From positions 1 to 24,585 of the forward strand of contig JBBITJ010000001.1 of NCBI GenBank assembly GCA_037440825.1: a DNA stretch of 24,585 bases. Direction: 5' to 3'. The stretch comes from Candidatus Micrarchaeota archaeon (GTDB lineage: Archaea > Micrarchaeota > Micrarchaeia > Anstonellales > Bilamarchaeaceae). Below are positions 7,578 to 16,009 of this stretch, one piece after another; within the stretch, counting starts at the first letter, position 1; each line of letters starts with the position of its first letter. The notes beneath the pieces were generated by a model. The model made no database searches, was not told the DNA's origin, and saw nothing but the letters and a program-made list of their open reading frames with translations. The position numbers and the translations under genes were made by a program.

Positions 7578-9302
7578 ATGAGGAATTACAGCAATCCGTA
7601 CGTGGCTGCCGCGATAAGGCAGGCGAACATAAGGAAAGTCGAGCAGCACATCCATGAACTGGGCGCCAGGATACTGGATGCAAGGCGCAATCCCGCGATT
7701 CTCGCAAATGTTGAGATCTTCGACACCACTGCGCGGGACGGCATGCAGATGCACAGGGCATTCGTGAATCCATACAGGACGAGGATGAAAAGCAAGATAG
7801 AGGTAGTACAGAGGATAATGGAGTGGGGCATACCCGCGATAGAAGTAGGTTATCCCGGTTCGAGCGCCGAGGAACTGGAAGCCGCGCAGAAGCTCGCGGC
7901 GTTCAAGCGGAAAAAAGGATTCCCTACGACGCTGGTCGGGCTTGCAGGCACCATAAAAGAGCACATCAAGGCGGTAAAGGACGCCGAGCTGGACGAGGTG
8001 CACATATTCTCCTCAGGCTCTATTGCGCACGCATACACGAAATTCGGGAAGATGCCCGAGGAGCTGGTGCCCGGCATAGTCGAAGCGGTGCAATACGCGG
8101 TGAAGCTGGGATTCGGGAAAATACTCGTTTCGCTGGAAGATGCGTTCAGCGCGGATCCTGACCACGTGGTCAATGTAGCTAACCGCGTATTTGATGCTGC
8201 AAAAGGCAGGGGCATACGGTACAACATCCCTGACACGATAGGTGTCGCTGATCCGGCGATCGCATTCGCATACATAAGATATGTCGCAGAACGCACGGGC
8301 GTGCCGATAGACGTGCACTTCCACAACGACGGCGACACTGCTGCGACTAATTCTATCTACGCTGTGCTGGGAGGCGCGAGCAGGATACAAGCGACGGTCG
8401 GCGGGCTTGGCGAACGCGCCGGAAACGCATCGATAAGCAAGATAATCGTGCAGATGAACCAGCACTACGGAGTAATCCCTAACGACGTCTATGGGAAGCA
8501 TCTCGACATTAGCCAGATGAAGGCGGTTGCAGAATTCGTGGAGGTCCGTTCGGGAATACGGATTCCGCAGCAGGAGCCAGGCATCGGGAAGTATGTATTC
8601 GCGCATGCGAGCGGAATACACGCCAACGGCTACCTCAAATCCGTCATAAGGGATGGCGTAGTGCACAGCATATACGTAGCCGTCAACCCCACAATTTACG
8701 GGAACGAGGAGAAAGTGGTGCGCGGCCCTCTCGCAGGGGAATCCAATCACAAGATCACCCTGATGGATTTCGGGATAAACATCGAGCACCCTGAAGTGGC
8801 GGCGAAAATAAAGGAGATAAGCGACTACGACAAGGCAGAGTCGGCGAAGAAGCACGTGAGCGATGCTGAATACCTGCTCAACGTATACAGGATAATCACA
8901 GGCAGGGAATGCAATGCCCTGAGCATACAGGACAAGGACATTTCGATCCACGTGAGCGGCACAGGCGCGAGCGCCGAGATAGTGGCGACAATAGAAGGCA
9001 AGACCGAGACTGGCATCGGTACCGGCAACGGTCCCGTTGATGCGGCAGTGTGCGCGATAAAGAGGGCAATCGAAGGCAAAGGCAGCCACCTGCCGATCAT
9101 AATCGACTACGACAACCACAGCATCGGAAGCGGCAGCGACGCGAGCGCGGAAGCCCAGCTCACGATAAAGAACGGCGGGAAGCCCATGGAGACATCTTCC
9201 ATAGGGCCCAACACCACCGTGATAGCGATAAAGGCATACGTGCAGGCGTACAACGCGCTCCATGCGCTCGCGGAACTGCAGCAGCGCTACGGAGGGAAGT
9301 GA
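7578..9302 (+). CDS. leuA: Divergent 2-isopropylmalate synthase-like enzyme with N-terminal extension and C-terminal regulatory domain
   Basis: IFDTTARDGMQ, HFHND, GLGERAGN, FAHASGIH, GNGPVDA; SD GGTGA before ATG 7578; Leu-rich leader upstream. Confidence 0.7.
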   Translation: MRNYSNPYVAAAIRQANIRKVEQHIHELGARILDARRNPAILANVEIFDTTARDGMQMHRAFVNPYRTRMKSKIEVVQRIMEWGIPAIEVGYPGSSAEELEAAQKLAAFKRKKGFPTTLVGLAGTIKEHIKAVKDAELDEVHIFSSGSIAHAYTKFGKMPEELVPGIVEAVQYAVKLGFGKILVSLEDAFSADPDHVVNVANRVFDAAKGRGIRYNIPDTIGVADPAIAFAYIRYVAERTGVPIDVHFHNDGDTAATNSIYAVLGGASRIQATVGGLGERAGNASISKIIVQMNQHYGVIPNDVYGKHLDISQMKAVAEFVEVRSGIRIPQQEPGIGKYVFAHASGIHANGYLKSVIRDGVVHSIYVAVNPTIYGNEEKVVRGPLAGESNHKITLMDFGINIEHPEVAAKIKEISDYDKAESAKKHVSDAEYLLNVYRIITGRECNALSIQDKDISIHVSGTGASAEIVATIEGKTETGIGTGNGPVDAAVCAIKRAIEGKGSHLPIIIDYDNHSIGSGSDASAEAQLTIKNGGKPMETSSIGPNTTVIAIKAYVQAYNALHALAELQQRYGGK

Positions 9303-9382
9303 ACCGTTAAATAGCTCCGTGGAGACGTTTCAAACTGGGGAATGATCCTAGTCATAGCCACCCCGCCGTTTGAGGTGATTTC

Positions 9383-10942
9383 ATGAAGGCTAAGATTTTC
9401 ATTGCGGACACGAGCGTAATAGTGGACGGAAGGATACTGGACAAGATAGGCGACGGCACGGTGAGCGGGACGCTCTACATAGCCAACGCTTCCATTGCGG
9501 AGCTGGAGCACCAGGCCAACGAAGGCAAGGAGACGGGATTCACAGGATTCGACGTTTTGAAGAAATTGAGGGCGCTTGCTGCAGAGAAGGGCGTGGAGAT
9601 TATATTGCACGGCGAGCGCCCGCGGCCTGAGCAGATAAAGTACGCGAAAGCAGGTGGGGAGATAGACGCGCTCATACGCAGGATCGCCAGGGAGCTGGAC
9701 GCGACGCTGGTCACAGGGGACAAGGTGCAGCACCTTGCAGCTGAAGCCGAGGGCGTCGAGACCGTTTACCTAAGGGCGAAGGACGAGGTGAAGGAGCTGG
9801 CGTTCAAGGAATACTTCACCCCGGAAACGATGAGCATACATCTGAAGGAAGGGTGCACGCCGCTCGCGAAGGTCGGAAAGCCGGGGGAGATACGGCTGGT
9901 TTCCCTTGGAAAGCCCATCTCCACCAATGAATTGAGGGAAATGAGCGAGGAGATAATAGAGGCGACCAAGAGGAACAATGAATATTACGTCGAATTGGAC
10001 AGGAAGGGCGCGACCGTCATACAGATGGGCAATTTCAGGATTGTCATCACGAAGCCGCCTTTCTCGGACGGGTTCGAGCTCACAGTGGTGAGGCCAATAA
10101 AGAAGCTGAAATTCTCGGATTACACGATGAGCGAGAAGCTAAGGAAGAGGTTCGAGGAGAAGGCAGAGGGGATAGTGATATGCGGTCCTCCGGGAAGCGG
10201 TAAATCCACGTTCGCCGCAGCGCTCGCGGAATTCTACCAGGAGAAGGGGAAAATAGTGAAGACGCTGGAAAGCCCCAGAGATTTGCAGGTGAAGAACGAG
10301 ATAACGCAGTACGCGCCTCTTGAAGGGGATTTCGAGAACACGAAAGAAGTGGTGCTGCTCGTGCGGCCTGACTATTCATTCTACGACGAAGTGCGCGTAA
10401 TGAAGGACTTCCTCATCTATGCAGACATGCGCATGACAGGAGTGGGCATGGTGGGAGTAGTGCACGCAAACAGGGCGATCGACGCCATACATAGATTCAT
10501 CACGAAGATAGATATGGGCATCGTGCCGCAGATAATAGACACCGTGGTGCTCATACAGAACGGCGGGATACGGAAAGTCTACGAGATAGCAGCATCGGTG
10601 AAGGTGCCTTACGGAATGAAGGAGCGCGACCTTGCGCGCCCGGTCATAGAAGTGAGGGATTTCGAGAGCGGGGAGAACGAATACGAGATTTACAAGTTCG
10701 GCGAGGAAACCGTGATAATCCCGATACGCGGAGACGGCGAGCGCGAAAGGCGCTCGTTTTCCTTCGCCGAGAAGGTGGAAAAAATAGTCGGGCATTACCT
10801 CGACGAATTCAGCGTGGAGCAGGGCTCCGGGGGGCTAGTGCTGGTCGTGCCCAGGAGGCAGCTGGTCAGTCTGGACAGGAAATCCAGGAAAAAGCTCGAA
10901 CGGGTAGTAAAAAAGTTCAGGCTCGAAGTGCGGGAAGCCTGA
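9383..10942 (+). CDS. PINc/VapC-family ATPase (archaeal PINA-type: PIN domain + P-loop ATPase)
   Basis: ADTSVIVDG (PIN), GPPGSGKST (Walker A), LESPRDLQV, LLVRPDY..YDEVR, GVGMVGVVHA; SD GAGGTGA. Confidence 0.9.
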   Translation: MKAKIFIADTSVIVDGRILDKIGDGTVSGTLYIANASIAELEHQANEGKETGFTGFDVLKKLRALAAEKGVEIILHGERPRPEQIKYAKAGGEIDALIRRIARELDATLVTGDKVQHLAAEAEGVETVYLRAKDEVKELAFKEYFTPETMSIHLKEGCTPLAKVGKPGEIRLVSLGKPISTNELREMSEEIIEATKRNNEYYVELDRKGATVIQMGNFRIVITKPPFSDGFELTVVRPIKKLKFSDYTMSEKLRKRFEEKAEGIVICGPPGSGKSTFAAALAEFYQEKGKIVKTLESPRDLQVKNEITQYAPLEGDFENTKEVVLLVRPDYSFYDEVRVMKDFLIYADMRMTGVGMVGVVHANRAIDAIHRFITKIDMGIVPQIIDTVVLIQNGGIRKVYEIAASVKVPYGMKERDLARPVIEVRDFESGENEYEIYKFGEETVIIPIRGDGERERRSFSFAEKVEKIVGHYLDEFSVEQGSGGLVLVVPRRQLVSLDRKSRKKLERVVKKFRLEVREA

Positions 10943-10947
10943 CCTGC

Positions 10948-11251
10948 TCAGATATTCTCTTTTCCTGAAATGATGCGCCAATACTTCGTCATCACGAGAT
11001 TTATCAGCGGCACGGAAACCAGGTACAGGTAGATATAGCGCGGGCTCTTTCCTAGAGTATGTGCCATTTGCTGCTGCAATCAGCGCAAAGCCATTCGCGA
11101 ACATCGCGTAGCCGGCTATCGCTGCCAGATATATTGCCGCGAGCGGAAGGAGCGTGCGCCATTTCTCCCTGTACGAATTCCAGCCTGAAGCCAGGGATGA
11201 CGAGAAGACGGCCATCACGTCGATGCCTTTTTTGGTAGCTATGGTAGCCAT
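10948..11251 (-). pseudogene. Membrane protein remnant with internal deletion and frameshift
   Basis: N-terminal part ..GWNSYREKWRTLLPLAAIYL.. is in one frame; a C-terminal TM YIYLYLVSVPLINLVMTKYWRIISGKENI* is in another frame and stops at 10948-10950, 5 nt from the PINA stop. Confidence 0.6.
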
Positions 11252-11255
11252 GCTA

Positions 11256-12158
11256 TCACATCGACCTGAGCCTTTTTATCCTGTCCTCCACCGGCGGATG
11301 GGTTGCGAAGAGGCCGCTGAGGAAATTCCGTTTCAGGGGATCGGCGATGTAAAGGGATGCGGTAGTGCTGCTTGCGGAAGCCACCAGCGGCTTGGCTGTT
11401 ATTTTCTCAAGCGCGCTGGCCAGCCCTTCCGGATATCTGGTGAGCCTGGCTCCGTTCGCGTCAGCCAGGTATTCACGCTGCCTGGAGATCGCGAAGCGTA
11501 CGAGCTGCGCGAATACGGGCGCTAGTATGACGAATACGAGGGCGATGAGGAGCAGGTATGGATTCATCCCTCCGCGCCTCTCTTGGTTCCTGCCTCCGCC
11601 GATGAAGCCGAACTGGAGGGAGCGCAGCGCGAGCTCGCCGAGGAGCGCTATCGCGCCGACCATCACCACTGCGAGAGTCGCGAATCTTATGTCGTAGTTG
11701 GCGATGTGGGAGATTTCGTGCGCAGCCACCCCTTCGAGCTCCTCGCGCTTCAGGTTGCGCAGCAGCCCCCTAGTGAATACGATGTGGCTGTTCTTTGGAT
11801 CCATGCCTGTCGCGAACGCATTCATCCCCTCGTCCTCTATCACCCATATCTTCGGCTGCGGGATGCCTGCTGCGAGCGCGAGCCCTTCGACAACGTTGCG
11901 TATGAACGGCTCCTCCCTCTCCCCAAGCTCGCGCGCTCCGCTCACGCTCAGGATTATCCCTGAGCTTCCCAAATAGGAAATGAGGACATAAAATGTGACC
12001 GCGCAGATGGCGATGAACGTGCCTTCGTCGCCAAGGTGGATCAGGTAGCCGAACGCCGCGACTGCTGCGAAGAGCAGCACGGACATCAAGACCATTAGGA
12101 TGAGGGAGTTGCGTTTGTTCGCGTCTATCGCGTCGAAAATGTTCACCTTGCCCTCCAT
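11256..12158 (-). CDS. htpX: M48 family zinc metalloprotease HtpX
   Basis: NAFATG, HEISH (HExxH), SRQREYLAD, THPP..RI; adjacent to lemA. Start may be 12164. Confidence 0.92.
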   Translation of the reverse strand: MEGKVNIFDAIDANKRNSLILMVLMSVLLFAAVAAFGYLIHLGDEGTFIAICAVTFYVLISYLGSSGIILSVSGARELGEREEPFIRNVVEGLALAAGIPQPKIWVIEDEGMNAFATGMDPKNSHIVFTRGLLRNLKREELEGVAAHEISHIANYDIRFATLAVVMVGAIALLGELALRSLQFGFIGGGRNQERRGGMNPYLLLIALVFVILAPVFAQLVRFAISRQREYLADANGARLTRYPEGLASALEKITAKPLVASASSTTASLYIADPLKRNFLSGLFATHPPVEDRIKRLRSM

Positions 12159-12194
12159 GCGCATCCCCTGTCCGGAAACTGGAAAAATCAAAAG

Positions 12195-12770
12195 TCAGAA
12201 CTGTACCTTCACCGGCCCCTTCTCCGCCTCTGCGACCTCGAAGAACTGCCTCTCGCCGAAGCCGAGCATGCCCGAGAGCAGGTTGTTCGGAAACACCTTT
12301 ATCGCGGTGTTGTACTCCATCACGCTGTCGTTGTACGCGGTGCGCACGTAGGCGATCTTGTTTTCCGTTCCGGCCAGTTCGTCCTGGAGCGCCTTGAAGT
12401 TCTCGTTCGCCTTGAGCTGCGGATAATTTTCGGCAACAGCGAAAAGCGATTTCAGCGCGCCGGATAGCATGTCGTTGGCCTTCGCCCTCTGCGCCGGCGT
12501 TCCGGTCACTATCTGGGACCTGAGCTTCGTTATCTCCTCCAAGGTGCCTTTTTCGTGCTTCGCGTAGCCCTTCACGGTCTCCACAAGGTTCGGGATGAGG
12601 TCGTAGCGCCTCTTGAGCTGGACGTCTATCTGCGCCCAGGCGTTGTCTACCCTGACCTTGAGTTGCACCAGCCTGTTGTATATCCCCACGACGAACAGCG
12701 CGGCAACGAGCAGAACCACGAACGCCGCGATGAGCACGACCATCAACCCTCCGCCTATCAGGAACATCAT
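12195..12770 (-). CDS. lemA: LemA family protein
   Basis: YNRLV..AWAQIDVQLKRRYDLIPNLVETVKGYA, ENYPQLKAN, FPNNL. Start uncertain (12770, 12767 or 12743). Confidence 0.95.
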   Translation of the reverse strand: MMFLIGGGLMVVLIAAFVVLLVAALFVVGIYNRLVQLKVRVDNAWAQIDVQLKRRYDLIPNLVETVKGYAKHEKGTLEEITKLRSQIVTGTPAQRAKANDMLSGALKSLFAVAENYPQLKANENFKALQDELAGTENKIAYVRTAYNDSVMEYNTAIKVFPNNLLSGMLGFGERQFFEVAEAEKGPVKVQF

Positions 12771-12829
12771 ACCACCATGTACATATTCCATTCGCGGATT
12801 TAAAACGGTTTTCCCAGATTCCAGAGTGG

Positions 12830-12837
12830 TTTAAAAA
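12830..12837 (+). promoter_or_regulatory. TATA box
   Basis: TTTAAAAA begins 31 nt before ATG 12861. Confidence 0.6.
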
Positions 12838-12860
12838 CCTTTTATGGCATCAATTAACAC

Positions 12861-14366
12861 ATGCAAAACCATATCACCAGAAATATTCACACGGGAAGCC
12901 AAGGAGGGGTGGCAAGGCGCGGACATGAGCCGCTCCTGGACGAGGACAGGATAAGGGGCAAGGCGGACGAGATAGAGAGACGCATCCTCAGGCTGGCCGA
13001 CAGGGCGCGAGAGATACGCAGCCTCCAGAAAGTGATACTGGAGATGGACTTCAAAACGCTCAGGACCGTGCTGGATCGGTGCGAGAAGCACGGCGCGGAT
13101 TTCTTCGAGGTCGCGAGCGTGTGCTACCCTGCGAACGCGGACCGCGCGTACGAGCACATGGCTGTGGACGGCAAGACCATGGATATGATTAAGGATGCCA
13201 TCAGGGATGGCAGCGCAGGGAACAGCGGCGGTCCCTGGCTGGTGTGCGAGACTCCTTGCGGAAAGCTCGAATTCTCCATAGGGTTCAACGAGGAGCGGAT
13301 GGTCGCCAAGGGCATCTTCGACGACGTGATAGCTGATGCGAGAAGGCAGGATTCCATAGCGCACGCGATATGGACGCGCAACGAGGAGTTCGAGATGGCG
13401 TGCGCCCAAGCCGCGGCAGACTTCAGGAAGGACGAAGGGCCGCTCTATTTCTTCATGTTCTGCAGTGCGATAGCCTCGGACAGGGACGTGCACCCGGATT
13501 TCAAGTACGCCGCCGAAGCGATACTCAGGAAATGGGGCGAAGCGGAGCTGAGGGAGGATGCGATCTCCGCGTTCTCGAACCACGTCCCGCTTCCTCTGGC
13601 AGGAAAGGACGAATGGAAGGCGAATGCGGAGAAGGCGCTGGCGCACATATACGATTCGATTTCCGCGGACGGCAAGGAGTACCCGGCGCTTTCCAGGATG
13701 AGGCGGTTCCAGCTCGCGTGCGAGAAGTACTGCGAGGGTGCAATAAGGAAGATACTGCCCCACACGGCGAAGGACGCAGCGAGGGTCGTGCAGGAGATGC
13801 TGGACGAGGCCGGAATTGGACGCTCCGCGATCAAGGAGAAGAGGATAAAGGAGATAGCGATGAAGACGCTGGACAGCATGGCGGGCGGCATGGGCAAGAC
13901 CATCGAGATAGCGGGCGTCAAGGCGGTCATAGTAGACGACAGCGACGGCAGCATCCGCAAGGAATACGTGATGGCCGTTTACAGAGAAGTAGTCAAGGAG
14001 ATAAGCGCGGAGAAGGAGAGGAAGGAGGAGGCCGCACGCGCGATTTCGGCGCGGCCTGCTGCTCCTGCCCCAGCTCCGGCGCCGAAAATGAAGACCAAGG
14101 AATGCAGGGTGCGGGAGAAGATCCTGGGCCCTTCTGAGTACTTCAAGCGCATGATGGACCGCGATCCGGATTTCAAGGATGCGCCCAAGGCCAAGATATG
14201 CGAGAGGATAGCGAAGAGCGCGTACAGGAGCGGAATCAGGGATGTGGACGAAGCCAACGCAGCGCAGGTCGCTGACAAGGCGCTCAAGGACTGCCGAAAG
14301 GCAGAAGTGAGGGGCTGGCTCGAAATGCTCCGTGCGAAAAGCCTCTCCGCCATGGTGAAGGTCTGA
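12861..14366 (+). CDS. Hypothetical cytoplasmic, mostly helical protein with a Pro/Ala linker
   Basis: 501-aa ORF with the same codon style as neighbouring genes; no motif recognised. Confidence 0.8.
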   Translation: MQNHITRNIHTGSQGGVARRGHEPLLDEDRIRGKADEIERRILRLADRAREIRSLQKVILEMDFKTLRTVLDRCEKHGADFFEVASVCYPANADRAYEHMAVDGKTMDMIKDAIRDGSAGNSGGPWLVCETPCGKLEFSIGFNEERMVAKGIFDDVIADARRQDSIAHAIWTRNEEFEMACAQAAADFRKDEGPLYFFMFCSAIASDRDVHPDFKYAAEAILRKWGEAELREDAISAFSNHVPLPLAGKDEWKANAEKALAHIYDSISADGKEYPALSRMRRFQLACEKYCEGAIRKILPHTAKDAARVVQEMLDEAGIGRSAIKEKRIKEIAMKTLDSMAGGMGKTIEIAGVKAVIVDDSDGSIRKEYVMAVYREVVKEISAEKERKEEAARAISARPAAPAPAPAPKMKTKECRVREKILGPSEYFKRMMDRDPDFKDAPKAKICERIAKSAYRSGIRDVDEANAAQVADKALKDCRKAEVRGWLEMLRAKSLSAMVKV

Positions 14367-14433
14367 TTTAAAAAAGTTTGGGGACTTATATTCAGTGCTT
14401 ATTGTATGCAAAAAGATTCATTTAGGTGATTAT

Positions 14434-14547
14434 TTGGGAGACAAGCCGAGGAAATGGAAGAAGAAGGGCAAGATGCGCTGGAAATGGGTCAAGAAGAAGA
14501 GGAAGAGGCTCAAGAAGCGCATCAAGAGGCGCGTAGGCGAACTCTGA
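14434..14547 (+). CDS. rpl41e: Ribosomal protein eL41 (eS32), archaeal long form
   Basis: TTG start after SD AGGTGA; MGDKPRKWKKKGKMRWKWVKKKRKRLKKRIKRRVGEL. Confidence 0.9.
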   Translation: MGDKPRKWKKKGKMRWKWVKKKRKRLKKRIKRRVGEL

Positions 14548-14554
14548 TTACAAA

Positions 14555-15934
14555 TTACAGCTTCTTTACTCTTTCTTCATATTCTTTAACCAATTTTTCA
14601 GCTTTTTCCTTTGTCTTAGCCTCGGCGAACACCCTTATGTAATCCTCGGTCCCTGAGGCGCGCACAATCACCCAGGAGTCCGGGAAATTCACACGGACGC
14701 CATCTATCGCCACCACGCCTTTTCCTTTCTGCGAGGAAGCGAACTTCTCGATTATCTCCTTCTTTTTCTCCCTGCTGACCGCTATTTTCGTCTTCGCGTT
14801 GAAATACTGCGGAAGCCCGGAGACCCATTCGCCCAGCGGTTTTTCCGCAATCAGCTCGAGCATCTTCATCGCTGTAGCAGGGCCGTCCTTCGCAAGCGAA
14901 ATTTCCTTCCATATCACGCCGCCCACTTCCTCGCCTGCGATGTCTGCGCCTTCTTTGGCCATCGCCTCCGAGAGGTAGGGCGCGCCGACTTTCGTGTAGA
15001 TTGTTTCAGCGCCATGCATCTTCGCCACGTCCTCCGCAGCTCTGCTCGTGGAGACCGTGGTGGCGATTTTCCCGCCATTCCGGCCCCTCAGGCGATGGAG
15101 CACGGAAAGCGCGAACACCTTGTCGCCTATCACGAAATCCCCCTTCTCGTCGAGCATCACGAACCTGTCCGCGTCCCCGTCCCACGCGAACCCAGCGTCG
15201 AAACCGCCTTTCTTCACCAAGCTTGCCAGTTCTTGGATGTTCTGCTCGGTTGGCTCGGAGTCCCTGCCCGGGAAATGGCCGTCCATATTTTCATTTATCG
15301 CTGAGATTTTGGCGACCCTGCGGAACATTTCGGAATAGAGGGAGCCTGTGCCGTTTCCGAAATCCAGGGCTATGGAGAGCTTCGCCTTCCGTATCTTTTC
15401 GAGGTCCACGGATCCCTCTATCGCCTTGATGTGCTCCGCGACCGCGTTTTCGATCCTGCGCGCAGGCTTCACTTCGTCCCATTTCGCCAGCCCGATTTTC
15501 CCCATGAGCGCTTCTATCCCTTCCCCGCGCTCCTTCGAAACAGTGACGCCTTCCCAGTCCACGAACTTGAGCGCGTTCCATTCCGGAGGGTTGTGCGACG
15601 CGGTGACGATTATGAGGCCTTCCGCGCCCTCTTTCCGGAGCATGAATTCCGCACCAGGTGCGGAGCATACTCCTAAGTCGATTACTTCGCAGCCCACGCT
15701 CGCCAAGCCGCTTCTGACTGCCGCGGAAAGGCACTCGCCAGTGAGCCTCGCATCGCGGGCAACCAGGACCTTGGCGGTTTTGCGCCCGGAGCTTTGCGTT
15801 TCGGAACCCTGAACCCGGAACTTGGAACGCTCATTTGTCCATATGCCGAAAGCCTGGGCTGCCTTGAGCGCGAGCTGCGGGCTGAGCTCGTGGAAAAGCC
15901 CCCTTATGCCGTTCGTGCCGAAATATTTTGACAT
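14555..15934 (-). CDS. glmM: Phosphoglucosamine mutase / phosphomannomutase family enzyme
   Basis: FGTNGIRG, TASHNP (phospho-Ser loop), DGDADR (metal-binding loop), VRASGTE. Substrate specificity is not determinable. Confidence 0.85.
   Translation of the reverse strand: MSKYFGTNGIRGLFHELSPQLALKAAQAFGIWTNERSKFRVQGSETQSSGRKTAKVLVARDARLTGECLSAAVRSGLASVGCEVIDLGVCSAPGAEFMLRKEGAEGLIIVTASHNPPEWNALKFVDWEGVTVSKERGEGIEALMGKIGLAKWDEVKPARRIENAVAEHIKAIEGSVDLEKIRKAKLSIALDFGNGTGSLYSEMFRRVAKISAINENMDGHFPGRDSEPTEQNIQELASLVKKGGFDAGFAWDGDADRFVMLDEKGDFVIGDKVFALSVLHRLRGRNGGKIATTVSTSRAAEDVAKMHGAETIYTKVGAPYLSEAMAKEGADIAGEEVGGVIWKEISLAKDGPATAMKMLELIAEKPLGEWVSGLPQYFNAKTKIAVSREKKKEIIEKFASSQKGKGVVAIDGVRVNFPDSWVIVRASGTEDYIRVFAEAKTKEKAEKLVKEYEERVKKL
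15777..15832. repeat. Degenerate two-armed heptamer repeat inside glmM
   Basis: GTTTTGC GCCCGGA GCTTTGC GTTTCGG / AACCCTG AACCCGG AACTTGG AACGCTC. Confidence 0.65.
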
Positions 15935-16009
15935 GTGATTACCGTGCTTTTGTGTATTGAAAAGCAAACCTATTTATTGTTTGGACATTAAAGAGCATAC
16001 GGTGGAAAA

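Noticed and set aside
9342..9363. 14/22 identity (all mismatches are transitions) with the valS upstream segment 20799-20820 on the minus strand
   Set aside because: Short and found post hoc; plausible by chance.
12831..14411. 526-aa minus-strand ORF, and similar long antisense ORFs at 8013-9263, 6353-7348 and 18619-19635
   Set aside because: Shadow frames of real genes produced by codon bias; His/Arg/Leu-rich nonsense composition.
14454..14642. 62-aa acidic ORF MEEEGQDALE..
   Set aside because: Alternative frame of the eL41 gene, and it overlaps glmM.
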